DNA from: a virus
Lineage: Duplodnaviria > Caudoviricetes
Strand: one strand, 5' to 3'
DNA: 56,796 nt
IMG/VR virus record: IMGVR_UViG_3300025011_000055
Coordinates: 1 to 56,796 of that record
This document shows positions 36,034 through 45,462 of the stretch, one piece after another (position 1 is the stretch's first letter; each line of letters starts with the position of its first letter). Below the pieces are notes generated by a model. It worked only from the letters and a program-made list of their open reading frames with translations, had not been told where the DNA came from and made no database searches. Position numbers and translations under genes: made by a program.

Positions 36034-36324
36034 ATGTCACTAATGGATCGTATTTACTGCCGGTCATTTTTAGAAATGTCTTATCCAGAGCAAGCCAGAC
36101 TAATTGAAAAAGTCAGGACTATGCGAACATCTGCACTGAACGCAGCATTTGTTAAGTCTCAAAAGATCACAAAGTCTGCCATGAAGAACATTTCTAAGAA
36201 CTCTGGAACAAAGCGCGGCAAGAAGATGATGGCTGATCCTACCAAGAATGCAACAGACTTGCTTGGTAAACTTTCAGCAGATCAAATAGAGTTAATCAAA
36301 AGGCAGTTTCAAAATTTAAACTAG
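36034..36324 (+). CDS. Basic hypothetical protein
   Basis: GGAG RBS. Confidence 0.6.
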   Translation: MSLMDRIYCRSFLEMSYPEQARLIEKVRTMRTSALNAAFVKSQKITKSAMKNISKNSGTKRGKKMMADPTKNATDLLGKLSADQIELIKRQFQNLN

Positions 36325-36333
36325 GTTAAAGCT

Positions 36334-37764
36334 ATGCAATTATTTCAAATAGAAGAACGTAATATTTCAGACATTATAATTAAGGATCGCGCACGATCAG
36401 CAGTAGGCGACATCTCCAGTCTAGCCGATTCAATCTCTATGGTCGGCCAACTTCATGCGATCCTTATAGATTCAAATAACGTCTTAATTGATGGCCTGCA
36501 TCGTATCGAAGCCTTTAAGAAACTCGGCAGAGAAACAATAGAAGTTCGAGTCTTCGACGGCATTACTGAAGACGATCACTTTTTGATTGAACTCCTCAGT
36601 AATATGGATCGAAAGGAATTTCTGTGGCATGAGGAAATAGACCTCAAATATAAGCTGCACAACTATTGGGTAGAGGCCGCAGGCAAGGAAAACAAATCTT
36701 GGGGCTATAGAGAAACAGCCAAGAGACTTAAGTGCAGTCTTGGTGGCTTATCTACCGACCTTGCTTTCGCTGAAGCTCTCAAAGTATTTCCAATCCTCAA
36801 AGAACAGTCTACTAAAGGTCGAGCCAAGGAAGCATACAAAGCTCTTGGAGAACAAGCTAAGGCACTTCAGCGAATGGGGAGTTTCACCGATGCTGAAAAA
36901 GGGCGTTTAGTTGCGCTGCAAAACGGAACCATGACTGCTCCGATAAAGAACACGGTAACTCAGAATGTGTTTGAGAAAACCAAGCAAGCCAAAGAAAGAC
37001 TTGCTGAGTTTGATGAAGATGATGAAGACCTTAATGATGAACAAGAACCAATCAGATCTAATATCCAAGTAATTTATGTCGCTGAAAACTATAAAACATT
37101 CCTCGATAAGATTCCAAACAATTCTGTAGGGATGGTAGAACTTGATCCACCATATGCAATTGATTTCAATGACAACTATGGTAAGACAAACAAGATCGAA
37201 TGTAAAGCTCAAGATTGGGATGAAAAAGAACTTTATGACTTCTACTTCAATTATCTTCCACTTGTATATGAAAAGATGCTTGACTGTAGTTGGGCTTTAG
37301 TCTGGACAGGCAAAGAACATTTTATACAGATCAACAATATTGCAAGAGAAATAGGATTTGGAACTCAGTCTCCTGGTTCATGGAACAAAGTTGGTGGCAG
37401 TACCAATAAACCTAAAACAAACATGGTGAGCAATTGGGAAATGTTCCTCCTACTGCGTAAGGGAAATGCACAGTTTAATACTCCTAGCTTGTCATCTTCA
37501 ATTAACATAAGTACAGTCAGTTCATCTCAACGAATTCACCAATGGGAAAAGCCTATAGAGCTTTATGATCATTTCTTAAAAGCCCTAGGAAAACCTGGCA
37601 CTTTATTTATGAGCCTCTTTGTTGGTTCTGGTAACTGCTTGATCAGCGCGGCCAAAGAAAAAATGATGCCAGTTGGCTGTGATAAGAGCCAGAAGTATAT
37701 TCCAGAGTTTTATCAGAGGCTTGAGAATTATCTTGGGATAACTGCTGAAGTGGAGGGACTTTAA
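36334..37764 (+). CDS. ParB/Srx-like domain fused to an N6-A/N4-C DNA methyltransferase
   Basis: LIDGLHR ParB motif and HTH, then DPPY, H..EKP and FVGSG (beta-class order). Confidence 0.85.
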   Translation: MQLFQIEERNISDIIIKDRARSAVGDISSLADSISMVGQLHAILIDSNNVLIDGLHRIEAFKKLGRETIEVRVFDGITEDDHFLIELLSNMDRKEFLWHEEIDLKYKLHNYWVEAAGKENKSWGYRETAKRLKCSLGGLSTDLAFAEALKVFPILKEQSTKGRAKEAYKALGEQAKALQRMGSFTDAEKGRLVALQNGTMTAPIKNTVTQNVFEKTKQAKERLAEFDEDDEDLNDEQEPIRSNIQVIYVAENYKTFLDKIPNNSVGMVELDPPYAIDFNDNYGKTNKIECKAQDWDEKELYDFYFNYLPLVYEKMLDCSWALVWTGKEHFIQINNIAREIGFGTQSPGSWNKVGGSTNKPKTNMVSNWEMFLLLRKGNAQFNTPSLSSSINISTVSSSQRIHQWEKPIELYDHFLKALGKPGTLFMSLFVGSGNCLISAAKEKMMPVGCDKSQKYIPEFYQRLENYLGITAEVEGL

Positions 37765-37765
37765 T

Positions 37766-37978
37766 ATGAGAAAAGATAATAGATATGTTATTGAATTACT
37801 AAGTGGAATACTTAAAAATCCACAATTACATATTGCTGGAGATGATTTTGATGTAAATGATGTTGTATGGTTAGATGGTGATACTGTAATGCCAGTATAT
37901 GATAGAACAAAAGAAATATATGGAGTTATTGCTGCAAAAGGTATAAAAGGAAAACCTGTTTTAGTTGCTGCAAAATAA
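37766..37978 (+). CDS. AT-rich hypothetical protein
   Basis: GGAGGG RBS. Confidence 0.5.
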   Translation: MRKDNRYVIELLSGILKNPQLHIAGDDFDVNDVVWLDGDTVMPVYDRTKEIYGVIAAKGIKGKPVLVAAK

Positions 37979-37999
37979 AATTAGTTCATGGATTTTATT

Positions 38000-38269
38000 A
38001 TGACAAAATATAAAGTAGGCCAACTATCAGAACAGAAAGCTCCCATCACGCCTGGCTCTAACTGTTGCCTACACAAAAACATCGTGCCACTCGAAATAGG
38101 TTTTGCCTCCAAGAGCTGGCCAAACGGCTATAAGAATGAGCCAAACTATAACTTTGCTGTCAGCATGATAAGTGCAAATGTTATACGAGTTCGTTCTTAC
38201 CTTTGCTTGGATTGCAAACAAGAAATAAAGGCTCCTAATCCAGGAGCATTGACAAAGGATAGAATATAA
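38000..38269 (+). CDS. Hypothetical protein
   Basis: CCLH and CLDC motifs. Confidence 0.55.
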   Translation: MTKYKVGQLSEQKAPITPGSNCCLHKNIVPLEIGFASKSWPNGYKNEPNYNFAVSMISANVIRVRSYLCLDCKQEIKAPNPGALTKDRI

Positions 38270-38460
38270 AAATGAAATTAAGAATTTTAAGAAAATATTC
38301 TAAACAATTAGATTGCCATCCTATGGATGTTAGGTATGGTGGACCAAATCCAATGAAAATAGTAAATTATGATACATTACAATATTTTAATGAAGCAACT
38401 TCTGAATGGATAGATGTTCCTATAATAGAAGAAAAAGAATTAAATTAAAAGGAACTTACA

Positions 38461-40986
38461 ATGATAATTCCTAGCATATCAACTACAGCAACTCCGCAGA
38501 AAGAAGGTTCTTTCGATTGCTTGGCTGTAGAGTGCGCTCCAACTGATAACATACTCACGTCTGAGATTGCTATGGTTGGCGAAGCTCCAGGTGAAATTGA
38601 AGTCCTGAAGAACGAACCATTCGTTGGACCAACAGGTTCTCAGCTTAATCGCATCTGTGCAGCCGTCAGACTAGCTAGATATAAAATCTATCTCACTAAT
38701 GCTTGCAAAGCTAAGTTTCCCAAAAACAATACTGCTGTCTTATGGACAGATAAGGGCTATCGCCATCCAGACTGGTCTAAATTGCAGGCAGCACTAATTA
38801 ATGAGCTTGCACAATTTCCAGGCAAAGTCATAATGTTGCTTGGTGCAACTCCAATGAGACTTTTGCTGGATGAGCCACGCTATGATTCAATCACAAAATA
38901 TCGTGGATCATTCTACCATGCAGAAGACTTTCCACATTTGAAAGAAAAACTGGCTGGAAAGATAATAGGTTTGTCTTATCATCCATCTTTCACCCTCCCA
39001 TATGGTCAGCCCATCCACTTTTATACAATGATCGCAGACTTTACGAAAGCCCTACGAATCATTGAAGATCCAGAATTGCTTACCGATAATGTGGAAATAA
39101 AAATCAAGCCTAGCTTTGAAGAAATCATGCAGTTCTATGCATTGATTAAGACAAAACAATATGTGGCATTTGACATTGAAGCTACGCCAGAATTTATTAC
39201 CTGCTACTCATTGGCAGTATATCACGATAATAAGATCCTGTCCATGTCTGTTCCTCTAATGAACAACCAGGGCAACTATTGGGCAACAGCAGAAGAGATA
39301 AAAATATGGACTGGCTTAGCTGAAATACTTAATGATGAAGCCATAGGTAAGATTTGTCAAAATGGAATGTTCGATATCATGTTTACTTTCCGTACCATGA
39401 TGATTAAAACAGATAACTTTTATTTTGATACAATGCTTGCGCAGCATATATGTTATACAGAACTTCCAAAGGGACTTGATTATCTAACTTCAACTTACAC
39501 TTACTATCCCTATTACAAAGACGAAGGAAAGCAATCACACCTTAAGGCCATCAAGAACTGGCCACAATACTGGACTTATAATGCCAAAGACTCAGCTTAC
39601 TTATTACCCATCACGGAGAAACTCCTTGAAGAATTAGGTGAATTCGATTCTATGGATGCTATGGATTATACAATGAATCTTCATAAGCCACTCATGGAAA
39701 TGGAATTCAATGGCATTCTGACTGATACAGATGGAATTGAAAAGATCAAATCTGAGTATGGAGTCAAGCTGATTGAGCTTCAAGCAGATCTGAATAAACT
39801 CGCAGGCAAGGAAATCAATCCTGGTTCAGCGAAACAAATGGTTGCATACTTCTACGGAACTTGTATGATTAAACCATATGTGAATCGCAAAACTGGATCA
39901 GTTACATGCGATACTGTAGCTTTGCACAGAATTGCAAAGAAAGATATTAAAGGTTCTGAAGAAGCTAGGATCATCATAAAGATTCGTAAGTATCAAAAGA
40001 TGGTATCTACTTACTTTAATATTCAAGTGGATGATGATAAGCGATTACGATGTAATCATAAAATATCTGGAACAGTCTCTGGCAGGATTGCTACTGAAAA
40101 GACTTATTTCGGTACTGGATCGAATCTTCAGAATCAGCCTTATGTTTTTAAATATTATCTCATTGCTGATGAAGATTGGATTCTCTGTGAATGTGATCTT
40201 GCCAAGGCAGAGGCTCATGTAGTTGCATACCTTACTCAAGATGCCAACATGATCCAGTCGTTTGAATCTGGTATTGATGTGCATAGTTTTAATGCAAGTA
40301 AGATATTCAATGTTCCGATTGAAGAAGTAATTCATGAAGCAAAAACTAAAAAGGCTGATCAGAAATCTACCATGCGTTATATGGGAAAAAAGGTAGTTCA
40401 TGCCTCGAACTATGCAATGGGTCCACAGACATTCTCTGACAATCTAGCGGCTGAGGAAATCTTCAAGTCACAGTCAGAGTGTAAGAGATTACTTGATATG
40501 TACTCTGACCGTTTTCCTGGACTGAAACGCTGGCATAGATCAATCGAAGAAGAAGTCCAGAAAAATCGAGTTCTCTATAACTTATTTGGCCGGCCTCGCA
40601 GGTTCTTAGGTGAAATGAATGCAGCATTATTCAGAAATGCTTATAGCTACAAGCCTCAGTCAACCGTTGCAGAGTTGCTCAATCGTGGAATGATTAAAGT
40701 AGTGACTGATCCTAGGCTAGGCAAAGATGGCTTTGACATTCGATGTATGACAACTGTTCATGATTCGTTTGTATTCAGGTTTCATAAGAGTCAGATTCCA
40801 AACCTATTACAAATCTTGTTAATTATCAAAGATCATTTGACACATACATTCACATATAAGGGAAAGAGTTTTACCATTGGTCTGGATGCTAAGGTGGGTA
40901 CCCAATGGGCCGGCAACACAGCTGATATAAGTAATTTCAATCAAGAAAGTATAGATCAAGCAATAAATAAAATAGGAGTTTTATAA
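38461..40986 (+). CDS. polA: Family A DNA polymerase with N-terminal family-4 uracil-DNA glycosylase domain and 3'-5' exonuclease
   Basis: UDG: VGEAPG, FVG, TN, HPS. Exo: FDIE, QN..FD, YN.KD. Pol: motif A DLAKAE, motif B R...K...H...Y, motif C VHDS. Confidence 0.93.
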   Translation: MIIPSISTTATPQKEGSFDCLAVECAPTDNILTSEIAMVGEAPGEIEVLKNEPFVGPTGSQLNRICAAVRLARYKIYLTNACKAKFPKNNTAVLWTDKGYRHPDWSKLQAALINELAQFPGKVIMLLGATPMRLLLDEPRYDSITKYRGSFYHAEDFPHLKEKLAGKIIGLSYHPSFTLPYGQPIHFYTMIADFTKALRIIEDPELLTDNVEIKIKPSFEEIMQFYALIKTKQYVAFDIEATPEFITCYSLAVYHDNKILSMSVPLMNNQGNYWATAEEIKIWTGLAEILNDEAIGKICQNGMFDIMFTFRTMMIKTDNFYFDTMLAQHICYTELPKGLDYLTSTYTYYPYYKDEGKQSHLKAIKNWPQYWTYNAKDSAYLLPITEKLLEELGEFDSMDAMDYTMNLHKPLMEMEFNGILTDTDGIEKIKSEYGVKLIELQADLNKLAGKEINPGSAKQMVAYFYGTCMIKPYVNRKTGSVTCDTVALHRIAKKDIKGSEEARIIIKIRKYQKMVSTYFNIQVDDDKRLRCNHKISGTVSGRIATEKTYFGTGSNLQNQPYVFKYYLIADEDWILCECDLAKAEAHVVAYLTQDANMIQSFESGIDVHSFNASKIFNVPIEEVIHEAKTKKADQKSTMRYMGKKVVHASNYAMGPQTFSDNLAAEEIFKSQSECKRLLDMYSDRFPGLKRWHRSIEEEVQKNRVLYNLFGRPRRFLGEMNAALFRNAYSYKPQSTVAELLNRGMIKVVTDPRLGKDGFDIRCMTTVHDSFVFRFHKSQIPNLLQILLIIKDHLTHTFTYKGKSFTIGLDAKVGTQWAGNTADISNFNQESIDQAINKIGVL

Positions 40987-41480
40987 TGCAAGATAAAATA
41001 GACCTTATAGACTTTAAAGCTTTTTCAAACTTTGAAAAAAGATTTTTATCTCTTATGCCTGAAAACTCTTTTAATGATTATGATAGTTGTTGGTTATGGC
41101 AAGGTAAATTGGAGACTACAGGTTATGGAAGAATAGTATGTGGAAATAAACGTTATGGAGTACACCAACTTGCTTATATGATATTTAATGGGGATATTCC
41201 ACAAGGAAAAATAGTTAGGCATACTTGTGATAATAAAAATTGTATGAATCCTAAACATTTAGTCTTAGGTAATCATCAGGATAATGCTTTAGATTTAATG
41301 CAAAGAAAATCACCAATATTTGCACAGCTTAATGAAGAAGCAGTTAAGGTTATTAAATGGATGTTAAAGTATAAAAATCATCATGGATTATCTAGAAAAC
41401 TAGCTTCAGTATATAATGTTCATTTTACAACAATATCTGATATTAAAAGAAATAAAACTTGGTATTGGGTAAATGTATAG
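40986..41480 (+). CDS. Free-standing HNH homing endonuclease
   Basis: CWLW.G...GYG...H..AY...VRHTCDN..C.NP.HL..G...DN; C-terminal HTH; AT-rich. Confidence 0.88.
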   Translation: MQDKIDLIDFKAFSNFEKRFLSLMPENSFNDYDSCWLWQGKLETTGYGRIVCGNKRYGVHQLAYMIFNGDIPQGKIVRHTCDNKNCMNPKHLVLGNHQDNALDLMQRKSPIFAQLNEEAVKVIKWMLKYKNHHGLSRKLASVYNVHFTTISDIKRNKTWYWVNV

Positions 41481-41537
41481 ATCAGTAAGTTCACTCAGGA
41501 AGATTGTGATAAAGCTATTGAAAAGATAGGATTCTAA
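41481..41537 (+). pseudogene. Displaced older 3' end of polA
   Basis: ISKFTQEDCDKAIEKIGF*, versus polA ISNFNQESIDQAINKIGVL*. Confidence 0.82.
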
Positions 41538-41772
41538 TTATGATAACTCAAAGATATCAAAAGAAAGAATTTTGTATTGCAATGAATTGTCCAAGACTAA
41601 TGAAAAGAAGTTTAAAATGTAAAACTAAATCTTGTATCTATTCTGCAAAACAGTTTCATCATTGGTTAAATGAAAATGATTTTTGTATAGCTAAGTGTAT
41701 TAAATCAATTTAAGAGATAACTAATGGCGAGGCCATTCAACAATCGTATGTCGCTATTCAAGGAACCTTTTC

Positions 41773-43044
41773 ATGTCGAGGCAATTAGATAATTGGTTGG
41801 CACATTATATGAAGTACACACAGCGAACAGAGCCTCCAGAACTTTATCATCTTTGGAGCGGACTAACAGCCATTAGTTCTGCCTTGCGAAGAAAGTGCTA
41901 TTGTAACTGGGGCGCATTGCGAGGTCATGTCTATCCTAATTTATTCGTATCTCTTGTCGGTCCACCTGGGGGACGGAAAGGCACAGCCATGAAAATTGCA
42001 AAAAGCTTTGTGCAAAAACTAGACGTTAATATCGGCGCAGATTCGCTAGGCTCAACCCAGGCATTGTATAGAGAACTCATGGACAGCGAAGATACTTATG
42101 TTGATCATGCTGGGTTTACTCGTAAGCATAAGAGTGTATCAATCTGGTCAGAAGAATTTCAAGTCTTCTTAAACGACAGAGACCAAATGCTCCTAGCATC
42201 CCTGACTGACCTGTTTGATTGTGCAGATACTTGGAAGTATAAAACTTTAGCAAGAAAGACTGAAGACATATCCAATTGCTGGCTAACGCTCTTTGGCTGC
42301 ATAACTCCTAGTCTCTTGCAATCTAAACTGAGTCAAGACGCTGTTGGTGGTGGCCTAATCTCCCGGATCATTTTCGTAGTTGGCCAGGGTCCCAAGCAAA
42401 GAAGAGCCTTGCAGTTTTTAACTGAAGAAGAGGAAGAGACACAAAAGAATTTAGAAAACGACCTGCAAGAAATTGCAAACTTATCCGGACAGTTCACCCT
42501 AAGTAAGGATTTTCTTAAAACTTATGTGCGTTGGTATGAGCAAGATTATGACGAGTCAGGTGTACCAAGTGAGCGATTCTTAGGCTATAATCATAGAAGA
42601 CCACTGCATTTGAATAAGGTCTGTATGTTGGTTTGTGCTGCCGAGTCTGACGACATGATAATTACAGCTGAACACTTCGAGCAAGCCTTAGCAATAATGC
42701 AAGCAACAGAACTTGAAATGCCAAACGCGTTCTATGGACTTGGTTTATCCAGTCAGGCTAACATCTATGCAAAGATACTTTCATTCATTGATAATCACGA
42801 ATCTTTTGAATGGACAGAACTGGTTAGAAACTTTCACCTAGATGTAGATAACATTCCTCAGCTACGAGGTTATGTTGAAATGGCTGAGCAGTCTGGAATA
42901 CTCAAAGCCGAGAATTCTGCCACTACTTGCATGTATACCACAATTCGTAAGCAACACAAAGTTCGTGATCCAACATATCTTGACAGAACAGTATTTAGGT
43001 TGATGGATAGGAATGTTATTAAAAATCAAATGGAGAAAAACTAA
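41773..43044 (+). CDS. DUF3987-like P-loop ATPase (putative replicative helicase)
   Basis: YPNL...LVGPPGGRKGTA, EEF, L.DLFD and GG..SR motifs. Confidence 0.72.
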   Translation: MSRQLDNWLAHYMKYTQRTEPPELYHLWSGLTAISSALRRKCYCNWGALRGHVYPNLFVSLVGPPGGRKGTAMKIAKSFVQKLDVNIGADSLGSTQALYRELMDSEDTYVDHAGFTRKHKSVSIWSEEFQVFLNDRDQMLLASLTDLFDCADTWKYKTLARKTEDISNCWLTLFGCITPSLLQSKLSQDAVGGGLISRIIFVVGQGPKQRRALQFLTEEEEETQKNLENDLQEIANLSGQFTLSKDFLKTYVRWYEQDYDESGVPSERFLGYNHRRPLHLNKVCMLVCAAESDDMIITAEHFEQALAIMQATELEMPNAFYGLGLSSQANIYAKILSFIDNHESFEWTELVRNFHLDVDNIPQLRGYVEMAEQSGILKAENSATTCMYTTIRKQHKVRDPTYLDRTVFRLMDRNVIKNQMEKN

Positions 43045-43045
43045 A

Positions 43046-43261
43046 ATGACTGATAATCAATTAGGTGTAATAGTAGATAAATTAGAAGAAATTAGATGTT
43101 GTCTTATTGACATAGAAGAGGCTATAGATAAAAAGAGTAATTCAAAAACAGCTTTTATAGAAATTAAAGAATTTAAAAAATTATTTTTTGAAAGATTAGA
43201 GTTAAAAACTGGTTGGGGAAGAAATGAAATTAAATCAATTGTTGAAGAAATTTTAAATTAA
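43046..43261 (+). CDS. Inserted AT-rich hypothetical protein
   Basis: GGAG RBS; KTGWGRNE motif. Confidence 0.55.
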   Translation: MTDNQLGVIVDKLEEIRCCLIDIEEAIDKKSNSKTAFIEIKEFKKLFFERLELKTGWGRNEIKSIVEEILN

Positions 43262-43273
43262 TTGGAGAACTAA

Positions 43274-43897
43274 ATGACACCAGCTACAAAAGTACTATTC
43301 TTTGACACTGAAACTTCTGACTTTATTAAAAAAGCTCTGCCTGCTAATGATCCCGAGCAGGCCTGGACAGTACAGATCGGAGCAATTCTTGCCAGCCAAG
43401 AAGAAGAATTTGATCAAATGAATGTCATCATCAAAAGTAATGGCCGGTCAATGAATTATTATGCACAAGAAGTGCATGGCATTACCATTGAACGAGCCGA
43501 CCAAGAAGGAATAGATGAACTAATTGCTGCTGAACAATTTGGCCTAATGCTCCGACAGGCAGATTTGGTTGTATGTCATAACTTTGCCTTTGATTGGAAC
43601 TACGTTTACCAGATGATGGAACGCAACTTGGAAGAGTTGTCAGACCTGGCGAGAAGTGCATTTTATCTTGACCTGCCAAACCATTGTACCATGAAAGATA
43701 AGGCTGTGGTAAAAATGTGTGGATTGAAAAACAAGGCTGGACGTGCAAAATGGCCCAAGCTAACCGAGTTGCATGAACACTTATTTGGTGAAAGATTTGA
43801 TGGAGCACATGACGCGCATGCAGATATCAGTGCAACTAAGAGATGCTTTTTTGAATTGGTGAATCGAGGAATTGTTACTCCGAACCTGGAGGATTGA
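43274..43897 (+). CDS. DEDDh 3'-5' exonuclease (DnaQ-like)
   Basis: FFDTET, HN..FD and AHDA.AD motifs. Confidence 0.9.
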   Translation: MTPATKVLFFDTETSDFIKKALPANDPEQAWTVQIGAILASQEEEFDQMNVIIKSNGRSMNYYAQEVHGITIERADQEGIDELIAAEQFGLMLRQADLVVCHNFAFDWNYVYQMMERNLEELSDLARSAFYLDLPNHCTMKDKAVVKMCGLKNKAGRAKWPKLTELHEHLFGERFDGAHDAHADISATKRCFFELVNRGIVTPNLED

Positions 43898-43898
43898 A

Positions 43899-44096
43899 AT
43901 GACTATGGATAAAATGGTAATGATATCTTACTTGCGAAGCCCATACGGTATTGACGAAAATGAATTACGTGCAGCAAGATTACAAGCTGCTGATGAACTT
44001 GAAAGACTTTATAAGATTGAAAAAGGCTTGAAAGATCTTGTATCAAAAATAGAAAAACATAAAGATGATTTAAAAGGAGAAAACTATGTTGGATAA
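43899..44096 (+). CDS. Hypothetical protein
   Basis: GGAGG RBS; YLRSPYG..AADELERL. Confidence 0.55.
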   Translation: MTMDKMVMISYLRSPYGIDENELRAARLQAADELERLYKIEKGLKDLVSKIEKHKDDLKGENYVG

Positions 44097-44358
44097 TAAT
44101 GAAGCTGCAATGGCAAAAGGAATGACATGTAAAGAATCATTAGAAGATATAGCTGCTAGGATAAAGAAACAGCTTGATATACATAAAAATTTATACATAC
44201 CACTTGTTAAATATTTAGAATCAGATCAAGGATATAATTTTAATTCTGAAGAAAGAAAAACTTTATATGCTCTTGTAGGAAGAATATCTATGAAAGTGCC
44301 AAGACTTGAAGCTGAATATCAAGCTTATCTAGCTAGGATTGAGGCAAGTGAAAAGTAG
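44086..44358 (+). CDS. AT-rich hypothetical protein
   Basis: AAGGAG RBS. Confidence 0.55.
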   Translation: MLDNNEAAMAKGMTCKESLEDIAARIKKQLDIHKNLYIPLVKYLESDQGYNFNSEERKTLYALVGRISMKVPRLEAEYQAYLARIEASEK

Positions 44359-44438
44359 AATATAAACAAATAATATAAAAGCCATTACTAAATCTAATGG
44401 AATGGCTTTTAGTATATAATTATCAATGGAGCTTAACT

Positions 44439-44771
44439 ATGCAAATTGATCCTTGTCCATCAGAAGAAGATTACGAATCTGGTCCTTCATTACGAGCAGC
44501 TGAATGGCAAAACTTTGCTACTAGAGTCTTCAATCATATTGAATCCTACACAGTGCCACAATACGGAGATAAGGGTAACGATCAATGTTCAGAATTTAGC
44601 GAAGCTGACTTTATCACTCAAATGAAAAAGTATCTAAATCGTTATGGAAAGAACTCTCGTGAAGGCCAACAGAGGCTTGACCTGCTAAAGATTGCACACT
44701 ATGCAGGGATGCTTTATACAAAACTAGCTGAAGAAACCCAAGAGCTTGATAAAATAATCATGCATGAATAA
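44439..44771 (+). CDS. Hypothetical protein, DUF3310-like
   Basis: KY..RYGK......DLLK..HY pattern. Confidence 0.55.
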   Translation: MQIDPCPSEEDYESGPSLRAAEWQNFATRVFNHIESYTVPQYGDKGNDQCSEFSEADFITQMKKYLNRYGKNSREGQQRLDLLKIAHYAGMLYTKLAEETQELDKIIMHE

Positions 44772-44779
44772 GGATATTT

Positions 44780-44977
44780 ATGGAAATCCAAAAATTCATA
44801 ATCACTATCCAGTGGGGAAAAGGCCTCCATTATGTTGCATCTACTTGTGCAACTGAAAAACGTGCATCAGAATTAGTTGCTTTCCATACTGGAAGATGTG
44901 ATAAATTAAAACTTAAAACCAGACGTGGAGCTAAAGCAACTGTTCGATCATGGCAATTAGTAACAGAGTCTAAGTGA
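44780..44977 (+). CDS. Hypothetical protein
   Basis: AAGGA RBS. Confidence 0.5.
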   Translation: MEIQKFIITIQWGKGLHYVASTCATEKRASELVAFHTGRCDKLKLKTRRGAKATVRSWQLVTESK

Positions 44978-45225
44978 ATAATTTTATGAAGAAACTAACT
45001 GAACTAGATCTACAAAATGCTCTAGACGAATGCGAATTATTACAGTTCAAATCTCATGGAGATTGGCTGGCTGGCATGATTAAAAGATTGAATGCAACAC
45101 TAATGTTTAATGATTGTACTGAATTAATTGGAAATGCATTGCTAAAGAAAAAAGTTATTCCACCAATAAAGACTGTAGTAAAGACTGGCAATTCTGTTGA
45201 ACCAGAAGTTCCATGCAAAACCTGA
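44974..45225 (+). CDS. Hypothetical protein
   Basis: Packed ORF; exact start uncertain. Confidence 0.45.
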   Translation: MNNFMKKLTELDLQNALDECELLQFKSHGDWLAGMIKRLNATLMFNDCTELIGNALLKKKVIPPIKTVVKTGNSVEPEVPCKT

Positions 45226-45258
45226 AGTGATTAAATACACCTGGAGGGTGTAATAAAA

Positions 45259-45453
45259 ATGATCTCATTCAAATCTACAGTGTTACAAAAACTTCAAACT
45301 TATTTACTTTCTCGGGAAGCAGAACCAACTAGGGATGCAGCTAACATAATAATTCCTAATGGAGTTACAGCAGCAGCAACCATACAGGCAATTAAAGATT
45401 GTATTAAAATAGTTGAGGGATGCAATAATGAATGGGCAAAATACGTTGACTAA
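45259..45453 (+). CDS. Hypothetical protein
   Basis: GGAGG RBS. Confidence 0.5.
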   Translation: MISFKSTVLQKLQTYLLSREAEPTRDAANIIIPNGVTAAATIQAIKDCIKIVEGCNNEWAKYVD

Positions 45454-45462
45454 GGAGAGCAT

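Noticed and set aside
44352-44378. KVEYKQII* as an orphan tail of the 43899 ORF
   Set aside because: The match to KIEKHK is too short and AT-rich to distinguish from chance.
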